Positions 12,293-25,555 of a DNA stretch of 64,000 bases are shown here, one piece after another. The DNA is taken from assembly GCF_009914755.1 (NCBI RefSeq), contig NC_060925.1; one strand, written 5' to 3'. The notes beneath the pieces are model-generated. The model searched no databases and was not told where the DNA came from. It was given only the letters and a program-made list of their open reading frames with translations. The position numbers and the translations under genes are program-made. The stretch's first letter is position 1; every line of letters begins with the position of its first letter. The stretch is from the human T2T-CHM13v2.0 reference genome, Homo sapiens.

Positions 12293-15200
12293 CTGTAACC
12301 CCCCGTGAATATAACTCCATTGACCTGGGATCCATGCCCCCATCCCCCACAGCAGCCAAGCGAGACCCACCCAAGGAGAGGCTGAGCTCAGACACGCTTA
12401 TCCCTGCTCCCACCTGGTGGTCTTTCTCTACCTGCCCTGGTAGCCAAAAACAAAGGTCATAATCTCTTGGGAGCCCTATGGCCCTGCCCACTGTCTGAGA
12501 ATCCTGAATAGTTAACAGGTGTCTCTAGGGCAAGTTTGCACCCTCGTTATGGGATAGTAGCTGACGCAGTCTTGAAAGTGCCACCTCCTGGCTGGAGGCC
12601 AATCAACACGAAGCCAGTGCACTAAACAAAAACAACCAAGGACCCTTACAGAGTCCACCTCACTCCTCTGCTGCCTCTACTGGAGCAGATGCTGGTATCC
12701 ACAGCTGCAAGGCCTGAAGACAGATCATATCACATCACAGGACTCTCTGCAGGCAGACACTCTCCAGTACCAGCCCGGAGCCCAGTAGCTCCACTGGGTG
12801 GCTAGACCCAGAAGAGCAAAAACAATCACTACACTTCGGCTCTCAGGAAGCCCCATCCCTAGGGGAAAGGGGAGAACACCACCTCAAGGGAGCACCCCGT
12901 GGAACAAAAGAATCTGAACAGCAGCCCTTGAACCCCAGATCTTCCCTCTGACATAGTCTACCCAAACGAGAAGAACCCAGAAAAACAGTTCTGGCAATAC
13001 GATAAAACAAGGTTCTTTAACACCCCCAAAAGATCACACTAGCTCACCAGCAATGGATCCAAACCCAGAAGAAAATCTCTGAATTGCCAGAAAAAGAATT
13101 TAGAAGGTCGATTATTAAGCTAATCAAGGAGGTACCAGTGAAAGGTGAAGTCCAACTTAAAGAAATAAGAAACATGATACAGGACATGAAAGGAAAATTA
13201 TTCAGTGAGATAGAGAGCATAAATTAAAAAAAATCACAACTTCCAGAAATCAAGGACGCACTTAGAGAAATGCAAAATGCACTGGAAAGTCTTAGCAATA
13301 GAATCAAACAAGCAGAAGAAGGAACCTCAGAGCTCAAAGACAAGGCTTTCAAATTGACCCAATCCATCAAATACAAAGAAAAAAGAATAATAATAATAAT
13401 AATAAAACAAAGTCTCCTAGAAGTCTGGGACTACGTTAAACATCCAAACCTAAGAATAATTGGTGTTCCTGGGGAAAAGAGAAATCTAAAAGTTTGGAAA
13501 ACGTATTTGAGGGAATAATTGAGGAAAACTTCCCTGGCTTTGCTAGAGATCTAGACAAGAAGCTCAAAGAACAAGAAGCTCAGAGAACACCTGGGAAATT
13601 CATTGCAAAATGATCATTGCCTAGGTACTGGTATTGTCCTCAGTTTATCAAAGTCAAGACGAAGAAAAGAATCTTAAGAGCTGTGAGGCAAAAGCATCAG
13701 GTAACCTATAAAGGAAAAACCAGAGTAACAGCAGATTTCCCAGCAGAAATCTAGAAGGGATTGGGGTCCTATTTTTAGCCTGCTTAAACAAAACAATTAT
13801 CAGCCAGTAATTTTGTATCCAGTGAAACTAAGCTTCATAAATGAAGGATAGATACAGTCTTTTCCAGACAAACAAATGCCCAGAGAATTCGCCACTACCA
13901 AGCCAGCACTACAAGAACTGCTAAAAGGAGCTGTAAATCTTGAAACAAATGCTTGAAATACACCAAAATAGAACTTCCTTAAAGCATAAATCTCACGGGA
14001 CCTATATAACAATAACACAATGAAAAAAAAAGTATTCAGGCAACAAATAGCACAATGAATAAAATAGTACCTCACATCTCAATACTAACATTGAATGTAA
14101 ATGGCCTAAATGCTCCACTTAAAATATACAGAATGGCAGGATGAATAAGAATTCACCAGCCAATTTTCTGCTGTCTTCAGGAGACTCACCTAACACATAA
14201 GGACTCACATAAACTTAAGGTAAAGGGAGGAAAAATATATTCCATGCCAATGGACACCAAAAGTGAGCAAGAGTAGCTATTCTTATATCAGAAAAAACAA
14301 ACTTTAAAGCAACAGCAGTTAAAAGAGACAAAGAGGGATATTACATAACGATGAAAGGATTAAACAGGAAAATATCACAATTCTAAATATATATGCACCT
14401 TACACTGGAGCTCCCAAATTTATAAAACAATTACTACTAGGCCTAAGACATGAGATAGATGGCAACACAAAAATAGTGGGGAGTTTCAATACTCCACTGA
14501 CAGCACTAGACAGGTCATCAAGACAGATAGTCAATGAAGAAACAATAGACTTAAACTATACCCTACAACTAATGGACTTAACAGACATTTATAGAACATT
14601 CTACCCAACAACTGCAGAATATACATTCTATTCATCAGCTCATGGAACACTCTCCAAGGTAGACCATACGATAGGCCATAAAACAAGTCACAGTCAATTT
14701 AAGAAAATCAAAATTATATCAAGTACTCTCTTAGACCATAGTGGAATAAAATTGGAAATCAACTCCAAAAGGAACCCTCAAAACCCTGCAAATACATAGA
14801 AGTTAAATAACCTGCTCCTGAATGATCACTGGGCCAATGATGAAATCAAGATGGAAATGAGAATTTCTTTGAACTGAATGATAATAATGACACAACCTAT
14901 CAAAACCTCTGGGATGCAGCAAAAGTGGTGCTAAGAAGAAAGTTCATAGCATTAAACACCCACATCGAAAAGTCTGAAAGAGCAAAATAGACAATGTAGG
15001 TCACACCTCATGAAACTGGAGAAACGGAAACAATCCAAACCCAAACCCAGCAGAAGAAAAGGAATAATGAAGATCAGAGCAGAACTAAATGAAATTGAAA
15101 CAAACAAACAAACAAACGAAAATACAAAAGATAAATCAAACAAAAAGCTGGTTATTTGAAAAGATAAGTTGATAGAACATTAGCGAGATTAATCAATAAG

Positions 15201-17749
15201 AGAAGAGAGAAGATCCAAATAAGCTCAATTAGAAAAAAATGGGAGATATTACAACCGATACCACAGAAACACAAAAGATTATTCAAGGCTACTATGAACA
15301 CCTTTATGCACATAAACTATAAAACCTAGAGGAGATAGATAAATTCCTGGAAATATACAACCCTCCTAGGTTAATCCAGGAAGATATAGAGTCTCTGAAC
15401 AGACCAGTAACAAGCAATGAGATTGAAATGGTAATAAAAATATTGCCCAAAAATGTCCAGGACCAGATGGATTTACAGCTGAATTCTATCAGACATTCAA
15501 AGAAAAATTGATACCAATCCTATTGATACTATTCCAAAAGATTGAGAAAGAGGGAATCCTCCCTAAATCATTCTATGAAGCCAGTATCACCCTAAAACCA
15601 AAAGCAGGGAAGGACATACAAATATAGAAAACTATATATTTGTATGGCCAATATTCCTGATGAACATGAATGCAAAAATCCTCAACAAAATACTAGCTAA
15701 GCGAATCTAACAGCACATCTAAAAGATAAACCATCATGATCAAGTGGGTTTCATACCAGGGATGCAGGGATGGTTTAACATACATAAGTCAATAAATCTG
15801 ATACACCACATAAAGAGAAAGACAAAACTTACATGATTATATCAATAGATGCAGAAAAAAGATTTGACAAAATCCAGCATCGCTTTATGATTAAAGCCCT
15901 CAGCAAAATCTGCATAGAAGGGACAAACCATAGGTATAAAAGCCATCTATGACAAACCCATAGCCAACATTATACTGAACGGGGAAAAATTGAAAGCATT
16001 CCTCTTGAGAATGAGAATGGAACAGGACAAGGATGCCCACTTTCGCCACTTCTATTCAACATAGTACTAGAAGTCCTAGCAAGAGCAACCAGACAGGAGG
16101 AAGAAATAAAGGGCATCCAAATTGGCAAAGAGGAAGTCAAACTGTTGCTGTTTGCTGATGATAGGATCATATGCCTAGAAAACCCTAAAGACTCATCCAA
16201 ATAGCTCCTAGAACTGGTAAATGAATTTAGCAAAGTTTCAGGATACAAAATTAATGTACACAAATCAGTAGCCCTGCTATACACCAACAGTGACCAAGCT
16301 GAGAATCAAATCAAGAACTTAACCCCTTTCACAATAGCCACAAAAATATTGAAATACTTAGGAATATACCTAACCAAGGATGGGAAAGACCTCTACAAGG
16401 AAAACTACAAAACACTGCTGAAAGAAATCATAGATGACACAAACAACTGGAAACACATCCCACGCTCATGGATGGGTAGAATCAATATTGTGAAAATGAT
16501 CATACTGCCAAAAGCAATCTACAAATTCAATGCAATCCCCATCAAAATACCACCATCGCTCTTCACAGAACTAGAAAAAAAATCCTAAAAATCATATAGA
16601 ACAAAAAGAGCCTGCATAGTCAAGGTAAGACTAAGCAAGAAGAACAAATCTGAAGGCATCACATTACTTGACTTCAAACTATGCTATAAGACCATACTCA
16701 CCAAGACAGCATGGTACTGGTACAAAAATAAGCACATAGACCAATGGAACAGAATAGAGAACCCAGAAAAAAGCTAAATGCTTACAGCCAAATGATCTTT
16801 GACAAAGCAAACAAAAACATAAAGTGGGGAAAGGACACCCTATTCAACAAATGGTGCTGGGATAATTGGCAAGCTACATGTAGAAGAATGAAACTGGATC
16901 TTCATCTCTCACCTTTTACAAAAATTGACTTAAGGTGGATGAAAGACTTAAATCTAAGACCTGAAACCATAAAGATTCTAGAAGATAACATTGGAAAAAC
17001 CCTTCTAGACATTGGCTTAGGCAAAGACTTTATGACCAAGAACCCAAAAGCAAATGCAACAAAAACAAAGATAAATAGATGGAACTTAATTAAACTAAAA
17101 AGCTTCTGCACAGCAAAAGAAATGATCAGCAGAGTAAACAGACAACCCACAGAGTGGGAGAAAATCTTCACAATCTATACATCTGACAGAGGACTAATAT
17201 CCAGAATCTCTACAAAGAACTCAAATCAGCAAGAAAAAAACAAACAATCCCATCAAAAAGTGGGCTAGGGACATGAATAGACAATTCTCAAAAGAAGATA
17301 TACAAATGGGCAACAAGCATATAGAAAAATGCTCAGTATCACCAATTATCAGGGAAATGCAAATCAAAACCACAGTGTGATACCCTCTCACTCCTGCAAG
17401 AATGGCCATAATAAAAAAAAATAGATGTTGGTGTGGATATGGTGAAAAGGGAACACTTTTACATTGTTGATGGGAATGTAAACTAGTACAAACACTATGG
17501 GAAACAGTGTGAGGAGATTCCTTAAAGAACAAAAAGTAGAACTGCCATTTGATCCAGAAATCCCAATACTGCCTATCTACCCAGAGGAAAAGAAGTGATT
17601 ATATGAAAAAAATTCTTGCACATGCATGTTTATAGCAGCACAATTAACAACTGCAAAAATACGAAAACAGCCCAAATGCCCATCAGTGAATGAGTGGATA
17701 AAGAAAATGTGGTATATATATAGCTACTCTGAGATAATACTACTCAGCC

Positions 17750-17780
<31 letters not shown>

Positions 17781-17932
17781 CAAAATAATGGCATTCACAG
17801 CAACCTGGATGGAATTAGAGACTATTATTCTAAGTGAAGTAACTTAGGAATGGAAAACCCAACATCATATGTTCTCATTCACATGTGGGAGCTAAGCTAT
17901 GAAGACGCAAAGGCATAAGGATGATACATTGG
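12293..17932 (+). mobile_element. L1PB (L1PB1/2-like) LINE-1: partial 5'UTR, ORF1, ORF2 and first part of the 3'UTR
   Basis: Decayed ORF1 (13270-13518 ...WDYVKHPNLRIIGVP) and ORF2 pieces (14476-14799, 16349-16588, 16744-17268); 3'UTR gagctaagctatgaagacgcaaaggcataag of L1PB type. Confidence 0.92.
14055..17847 (+). pseudogene. Disrupted L1 ORF2 (endonuclease/reverse transcriptase) of the L1PB
   Basis: EN motifs (TLNVNGLN, FNTPLT, DHSGIKLEI), RT region ctgtttgctgatgatagg (FADD), C-terminal WMELETIILSEV; many stops and frameshifts. Confidence 0.9.
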
Positions 17933-18940
17933 TCTTCTTTAGGTGGTTCCAAGAAGGCCGAATAGGAAGAGCTCCAGTCTGCAGCTCCCAGCGTGAGCGA
18001 CGCAGAAGACGGGTGATTTCTGCATTTCCAACTGAGGTACTGGATTCATCTCACTGGGGCTTGTCAAGACAGTGGGTGCAGCCCACAGAGCAGGGCAGGG
18101 CATCGCCTCACCCGGGAAGCACAAGGGGTCAGGGAATTCCCTTTCCTAGTCAAGGGAAGGGGTGACAGACGGCACCTGGAAAATTGGGTCACTCCCACCC
18201 TAATACTGCGCTTTTCCAATGGTCTTAGCAAACAGCACACCAGGAGATTATATCCCACGCCTGGCTCGGAGGGTCCCATGCCCATGGAGCCTCGCTCATT
18301 GCTAGCACAGCAGTCTGAGATCGAACTGCAAGGTGGCAGCGAGGCTGGGGGAGGGGTGCCCGCCATTGCTGAGGCTTGAGTAGGTAAACAAAGCAGCCAG
18401 GAAGCTTGAGCTGGGTGGAGCCCACCACAGCTCAAGGAGGCCTGCCTGCCTCTGTAGACTCCACCTCTGGGGGCAGGGCATAGCCAAACAAAAGGCAGCA
18501 GAAACCTCTGCAGACTTAATGTCCCTGTCTGACAGCTTTGAAGAGAGTAGTGGTTCTCCCAGCACAGAGTTTGAGATCTGAGAACGGACAGACTGCCTCC
18601 TCAAGTGGGTCCCTGACCCCCGAGTAGCCTAACTGGGAGGCACCCCCCAATAGGGGCAGACTGACACCTCACACAGCTGGGTACCCCTCCGAGACGAAGC
18701 TTCCAGAGGAACGATCAGGCAGCAACATTTGCTGTTCAGCAATATTCACTGATCTGCAGCCTCCGCTGCTGATACCCAGGCAAACAGGGTCTGGAGTGGA
18801 CCTCCAGCAAACTCCAGCAGACCTGCAGCTAAGGGTCCTGACTGTTAGAAGGAAAACTAACAAACAAAAAGGATATCCACACCAAAACCCCATCTGTATG
18901 TCACCATCATCGAAGACCAAAGGTAGATACAACCACAAAG

Positions 18941-19966
18941 ATGTGGAGAAACCACAGCAGAAAAGCTGAACATTTTAAAAATCAGAGCACTTCTTCTCCT
19001 CCAAAGGAACGCAGCTCCTCGCCAGCAACAGAACAAAGCTGGGCAGAGAATGACTTTGATGAGTTGAGAGAAGAAGGCTTCAGATGATCAGTAATAACAA
19101 ACTTCTCTGAGCTAAAGGAGGATATTCAAACCCATTACAAAGAAGCTAAAAACCTTGAAAAAAGATTAGATGAATGGCTAACTAGAATAAACAGTGTAGA
19201 GAAGTCCTTAAATGACCTGATGGAGCTGATAACCATGGCAAGAGAACTACATGATGCAGGCACAAGCTTCAGTAGCCAATTTGATCAAGTGGAAGAAAGG
19301 GTATCAGTGATTGAAGATCAAATGAAAGAAATGAAGTGAGAAGAGAAGTTTAGAGAAAAAAGAGTAAAAAGAAACAAACAAAGCCTCCAAGAAATATGGG
19401 AATATGTGGTAAGACCAAATCTACGTCTGATTGGTGTACCTGAAAGTGACAGGGAGAATGGAACCAAGTGGGAAAACACTCTTCAGGATATTATCCAGGA
19501 GAACTTCCCCAACCTAGCGAGGCAGGCCAACATTCAAATTCAGGAAATACAGAGAATGCCACAAAGATACTCCTCGAGAAGAGCAACTCCAAGACACATA
19601 ATTGTCAGATTCAACAAAGTTGAAATGAAGGAAAAAATGTTAAGGGCAGCCAGAGAGAAAGGTTGGGTTACCCACAAAGGGAAGCCCGTCAGACTAACAG
19701 CGGATCTCTTGGCAGAAGCTCTACAAGCCAGAAGAGAGTGGGGGCCAATATTCAACATTCTTAAAGAAAAGAATTTTCAACCCAGAATTTCATATCCAGC
19801 CAAACTAAGTTTCATAAGTGAAGGAGAAATAAAATCCTTTATAGACAAAGAAACGCTGAGCGATTTTGTCACCACCAGGAGTGCCTTACAAGAGCTCCTG
19901 AAGGAAGCACTAAACATGGAAAGGAACGACCAGTACCAGCCACTGCAAAAACATGCCAAATTGTAA
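18941..19966 (+). pseudogene. L1 ORF1p, with premature stops in the N-terminal part
   Basis: C-terminal frame 19406-19966 RPNLRLIGVPE...YQPLQKHAKL is L1 ORF1p; in-frame TGA codons upstream. Confidence 0.92.
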
Positions 19967-20029
19967 AGACTGTTGATGCTAGGAAGAAACTGCATCAACT
20001 AATGAGCAAAATAACTAGCTAACATCATA

Positions 20030-21164
<1,135 letters not shown>

Positions 21165-21194
21165 CTAGAGTTCTTTTTAAAGGTCTTTGTATAT

Positions 21195-21660
21195 ACATGA
21201 GAGATTGCCGGTTGTTTTCCCATTATCTATTCTCCCCTTCTTCCATATTAATAGGACTTTAGCCGACATAATTTCCCAGGCTCCTTTTAAATTAGTTGTG
21301 GCCAATGGAATGTGAACAACAAAAAAATTATATTTAGAACTATAGATTCCTATACTTTAAAATAAGAGTGTAGATTCCTATATCTCCCCTTTCCTTTTCC
21401 TCTCCCCATCAGCTGGAATTTTAATATGATGCCTGAGCTGGATAAGCCTTCTTAGATAAGAAGGTAGGAGCCCTGTGTGAAGGATCATAGAATCAGAATG
21501 AAGGAACCTGGGTCTCAGCTCCATGGAGTGAACTGTCAGTGAAACCTAGACTGTTAACACACAGACCGCTAAGTGAAAGAAATAAACTTTACTTAGTTTA
21601 AATCCGTCATTTTGGCCACATTAGAGCAGCCTAACTCATAGCCAGTCCCAGATGTATACA
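21195..21660 (+). mobile_element. MLT1J-like old MaLR LTR inside the passenger segment
   Basis: attctccccttcttcc...atttcccaggctcc...tggccaatggaatgtgaa...gaaggaacctgggtct...gaaataaactt. Confidence 0.65.
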
Positions 21661-21692
21661 TTATAATTTTTTAAAATTGTTTATTAAAGTAG

Positions 21693-22230
<538 letters not shown>

Positions 22231-22329
22231 ATAATTCTAACCCATGGAGCTGAATATAAGCATTCAGAAGATGGTGAAGCAAAGTTCTGTCGCAGACAAC
22301 GTTTCCAAGAAACTTGCTCAAAGCTCTTG

Positions 22330-22505
22330 CTCAAAGGAATGTCAGCAGCCACCAGAAGTTGGAAAAGATAAGCAAAAAAATTCTCCCCCAATGTCTTCAG
22401 AGAGAGTGTGGCCCTGTGGACACTTTGATTTCTGCCCAGTAATACTGATTTTAGGCTTCTGGCCTCCACAGTTACATAACAGTAAACCTCTGTTGTCTTT
22501 AAAGC
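22330..22505 (+). mobile_element. MLT1C-like fragment
   Basis: aaggaatgtcagcagccaccagaagttgga...gtgtggccctg...ttctggcctcca. Confidence 0.7.
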
Positions 22506-22974
22506 AATAAAAAAAAAACTTCTCACTCAAGAAATATTTCTAAGCCAGTTCATATGCTGCAGAGAAAAGGCTGAGTGAGCTGACTGGCGATAGCACATGG
22601 ACCAGCTTTTATGAGATCCTTCTGATTGTAATTCAGTGTGGCTTAATAATTAAGGCTATAAGCTGTGAAGATGAAGTGGTGTTTTCATTGTGGAGAAAAG
22701 CATGGTCATGGTTTCCATAGTATGGGTACAACTGAAAGGGTGGAAAGAACAAATCAAGGAAAAGGAAAATCTCATCCACTAGGGTGAAGCGATTTGCTCA
22801 TGACCTTCATATGGAACATGCAGGATTTGTAGGGAGTAATCAGAAAAGCATCTTTCATTTTCTCTATCAGTAACCCTTTAAATGTCCTCAGTGTGGGTTT
22901 TCCTCCCAAAATAGAAACTTGAGCAATCTTATAATTTTTCCAGTAATATCCAGATAATAAAAAGCCCTATTGTC

Positions 22975-23187
22975 TGAGAACACCTGGACACAGGAAGGGG
23001 AACAGCACACACTGGGGTATGTCTGCGGTTGGGGGTTGGGGGAAGGAAGTGCATCAGTATAAGCTAATGCATGCGTGGCTTAATACCTAGGTGATGGGTT
23101 GACAGGTGCAGCAAACCACCATGGCACACATTTATGTATGTAAGAAGACTGCACGTACTGCACACGTATCCCAGAACTTAAAATAAA
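22975..23187 (+). mobile_element. L1PA11-13-like 3'UTR fragment
   Basis: gctaatgcatgcgtggcttaatacctaggtgatgggttgacaggtgcagcaaaccaccatggcacac...gaacttaaaataaa. Confidence 0.85.
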
Positions 23188-23212
23188 TTGTTTTTAAAAA
23201 AAAGAAGAAAAA

Positions 23213-23418
23213 AAGAATGATACATTGGACTCTGGGGACTTGGGGGGAAGGGTGGGGGCTGGTGAGGGATAAAAGACTACACATTGGGTACAGTGTACAC
23301 TGCTCGGGTGATAGGTGCACCAGAATCTCAGAAATTACCACTAAATACCTTATCCATTAAAACAAACACCACCTGTTCCCCAAAGCCCTATTGAAATAAA
23401 ACAATAATAAAAAAAAAA
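23213..23418 (+). mobile_element. Resumed 3'UTR and A-tail of the L1PB
   Basis: aagaatgatacattggactctggggact...gataaaagactacacattgggtacagtgtacactgctcgggtgat directly continues the sequence broken at 17932. Confidence 0.9.
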
Positions 23419-23884
23419 TCTGGCCCCTCTTGGAAAGCTGCCTGGAGCAGGGAGAGGCTGCAGAGGGGACAAGCCCAGGGTGGGAGATGGAGGAAGTGGG
23501 AAGTGGATTCTGTCAGTCTTGGGTGGGGCGTGTTCTTGGCAAGGAGCAGAAGGCACTCAGGCTGGTGGAGGCAGAACCTTCCGAGGTCAGGCTGAAGCAG
23601 ACCTAGGGCCCCTGAGGCAGGTCTCTCTCTCTCTCCTTTCAGCTTCTCCAAACCCCAAGTCTATGTGGCCCAACTTACCAGTGCCACTACCCTGCATTCA
23701 AAGTCCTGATTGTTGGGAGAGAGACCCTGATAGGACCAGCTTGGGGCGGGTGTTCACCTCTGCTACAGTGGTGATGGGTCACGTGGAGGGGTCACATGGT
23801 ATGTGAGCCTGCCCTGCAGATTTTGGCCTTGCAGCCTTGATAATTGCATGAGCCAATTTCTTATAAAATCTATCTTTCTGTATA

Positions 23885-24243
23885 CAGATGGTCTCCAACT
23901 TATGATGGTTCAAATTACGACCTTTTGATTTTATGATGATGGTGCTTTCAGCTGTGTACATTAGCAGTGAGGACCCACACAACCATTCTGTTTTTTACTT
24001 CCAGTACAGTATTCAGTAACTTACATGAGATATTCAATACCTTATTACAAAATAACTTCACGTTAGAGGATTTTGCCTAACTGTAGGCTAAAATGCAAGT
24101 GTCTGAATACATTTAAGGTAGGCTAGGCTAAGCTACGATGAGAGGGAAGTTAGCTGTAATTAATGCATTTTCAACTTAATAATATTGTCAACTTACAATG
24201 GGTTTATCTGGATGCAGCCCTATCATAAACCAGGGAGCATTTG
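23885..24243 (-). mobile_element. MER47A (Tigger5-derived) non-autonomous DNA transposon
   Basis: Termini cagatggtctccaacttatgatgg / catAAACcagggagcatttg; internal aaggtaggctaggctaagcta; TA on the left flank. Confidence 0.85.
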
Positions 24244-25424
24244 CAGTTGGCAACAGAATTCCTCTCCAGGAGGGAACTGTCTTTATTTGGGAAAATACCT
24301 GCATGAACTGCTGAAGGTGGAAGTGGATGTCTGAAGGCCCAGCAGGAGAAGGTTCTTTAGAAAGGATCAGGAATTTGGGGGCAGAGTGAGAGCAAGGAAG
24401 AGACAAGGAGAGGTTGGATTAGGAAGTCATGGAGGTTGAATGTTTGGCTCCAAGTTATCCATGTTCTGCAATGTGAAGCCCTTAGTGGGTACTCACCTCC
24501 CCATAAACCGAAGCGTTCTGCTCATGCAGCCATCGTGTGCCTACTTCCTGTCAGGACCCTGGCGGGGGATGCTGCTCTTCCATGCACACTGATGAGGAGT
24601 GGAGAGGAAAGAGCACCCACAGATACATGTTGGAGACCAGGAGCTGCACAGAGGCAGGCAGCTCTCCTCTGCAGAGTGACTCAGGGATCAAGCCTTTTGT
24701 GGCTCCCAGGTCCAAGAAGATGCAGCCTCTTGGGATGTGAAAAGCATGGAGAGGTGTTGAGATTCCTTGTGAACACAGCTAGGGCTTCAGGTTCATTTTG
24801 TCTACACCAAAAGGGCAAGGAGCCCCCAGCTTACCTTGGTGTTGCAGGCTGTGGCCAACTGCAGCAGAAAGCAGCAACTCAAAGAGTGGAGTCGCCTGTG
24901 GGGGCCCCCTCCCTGCACCTACTCAGGGGACCAGGTGTTTGGGACCATGCAGGCAGCCACTTCCTGCCCCCACCAGGGCTGGGTGGTTCTGATTCTCGCT
25001 GTGACTCCTGCATAGCAGTGAGAAGCTGTTCTCTGCCAGCCTCGCATCCTTGTTACATTCCTCCCATAGCTGGACCTCCCTTACTGCCTCCCACAGCCCC
25101 GTCAGGTTCATCATTCTTCATGAGATCAAGACTTGACACTGTTTTAGGGCACACTGGTTCATGCTGGGTGGGCACTAGCTCCTCCCAGTTGGTTTTGGCC
25201 CCAACTCATTTCCTGCTGGGGGCTGGGAGCTGCTGGGCTGAGAGTTCTGGGAGCTGGGCTCGAGGTGGAGGCTCAGGGTCAGAGCCTGGCTTCTCTTTCC
25301 TTGCATGGGGCCTGGGTTCAGGGTTCTTCTTGTTTGAAGCAAGTGGGCTGGGACCAGAGCACAAAGGCTTCAGGATGAGGGACTGGTGTGTTTCCTGAAC
25401 CAGGATCTGTGAGCAGGCAGGGAT

Positions 25425-25555
25425 TGGGGGAGGGTGGCAGGGAGAGGAAGGGGAGGAAGGAGGAGGAAGGAGGGAAGAGGAGGAGGAAGAGGAGAACACA
25501 GAGATGGGGAAGGGAGGAGGGGGAGGAGGAGGAGGAAGGAGAGGCAGAGAGAGAT
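25425..25555. repeat. GA-rich low-complexity tract
   Basis: (GGA/GAG)n purine tract. Confidence 0.85.

Noticed and set aside
24436-25398. 320-aa ORF
   Set aside because: Non-ATG start, composition typical of random GC-rich DNA, no recognisable family or exon structure
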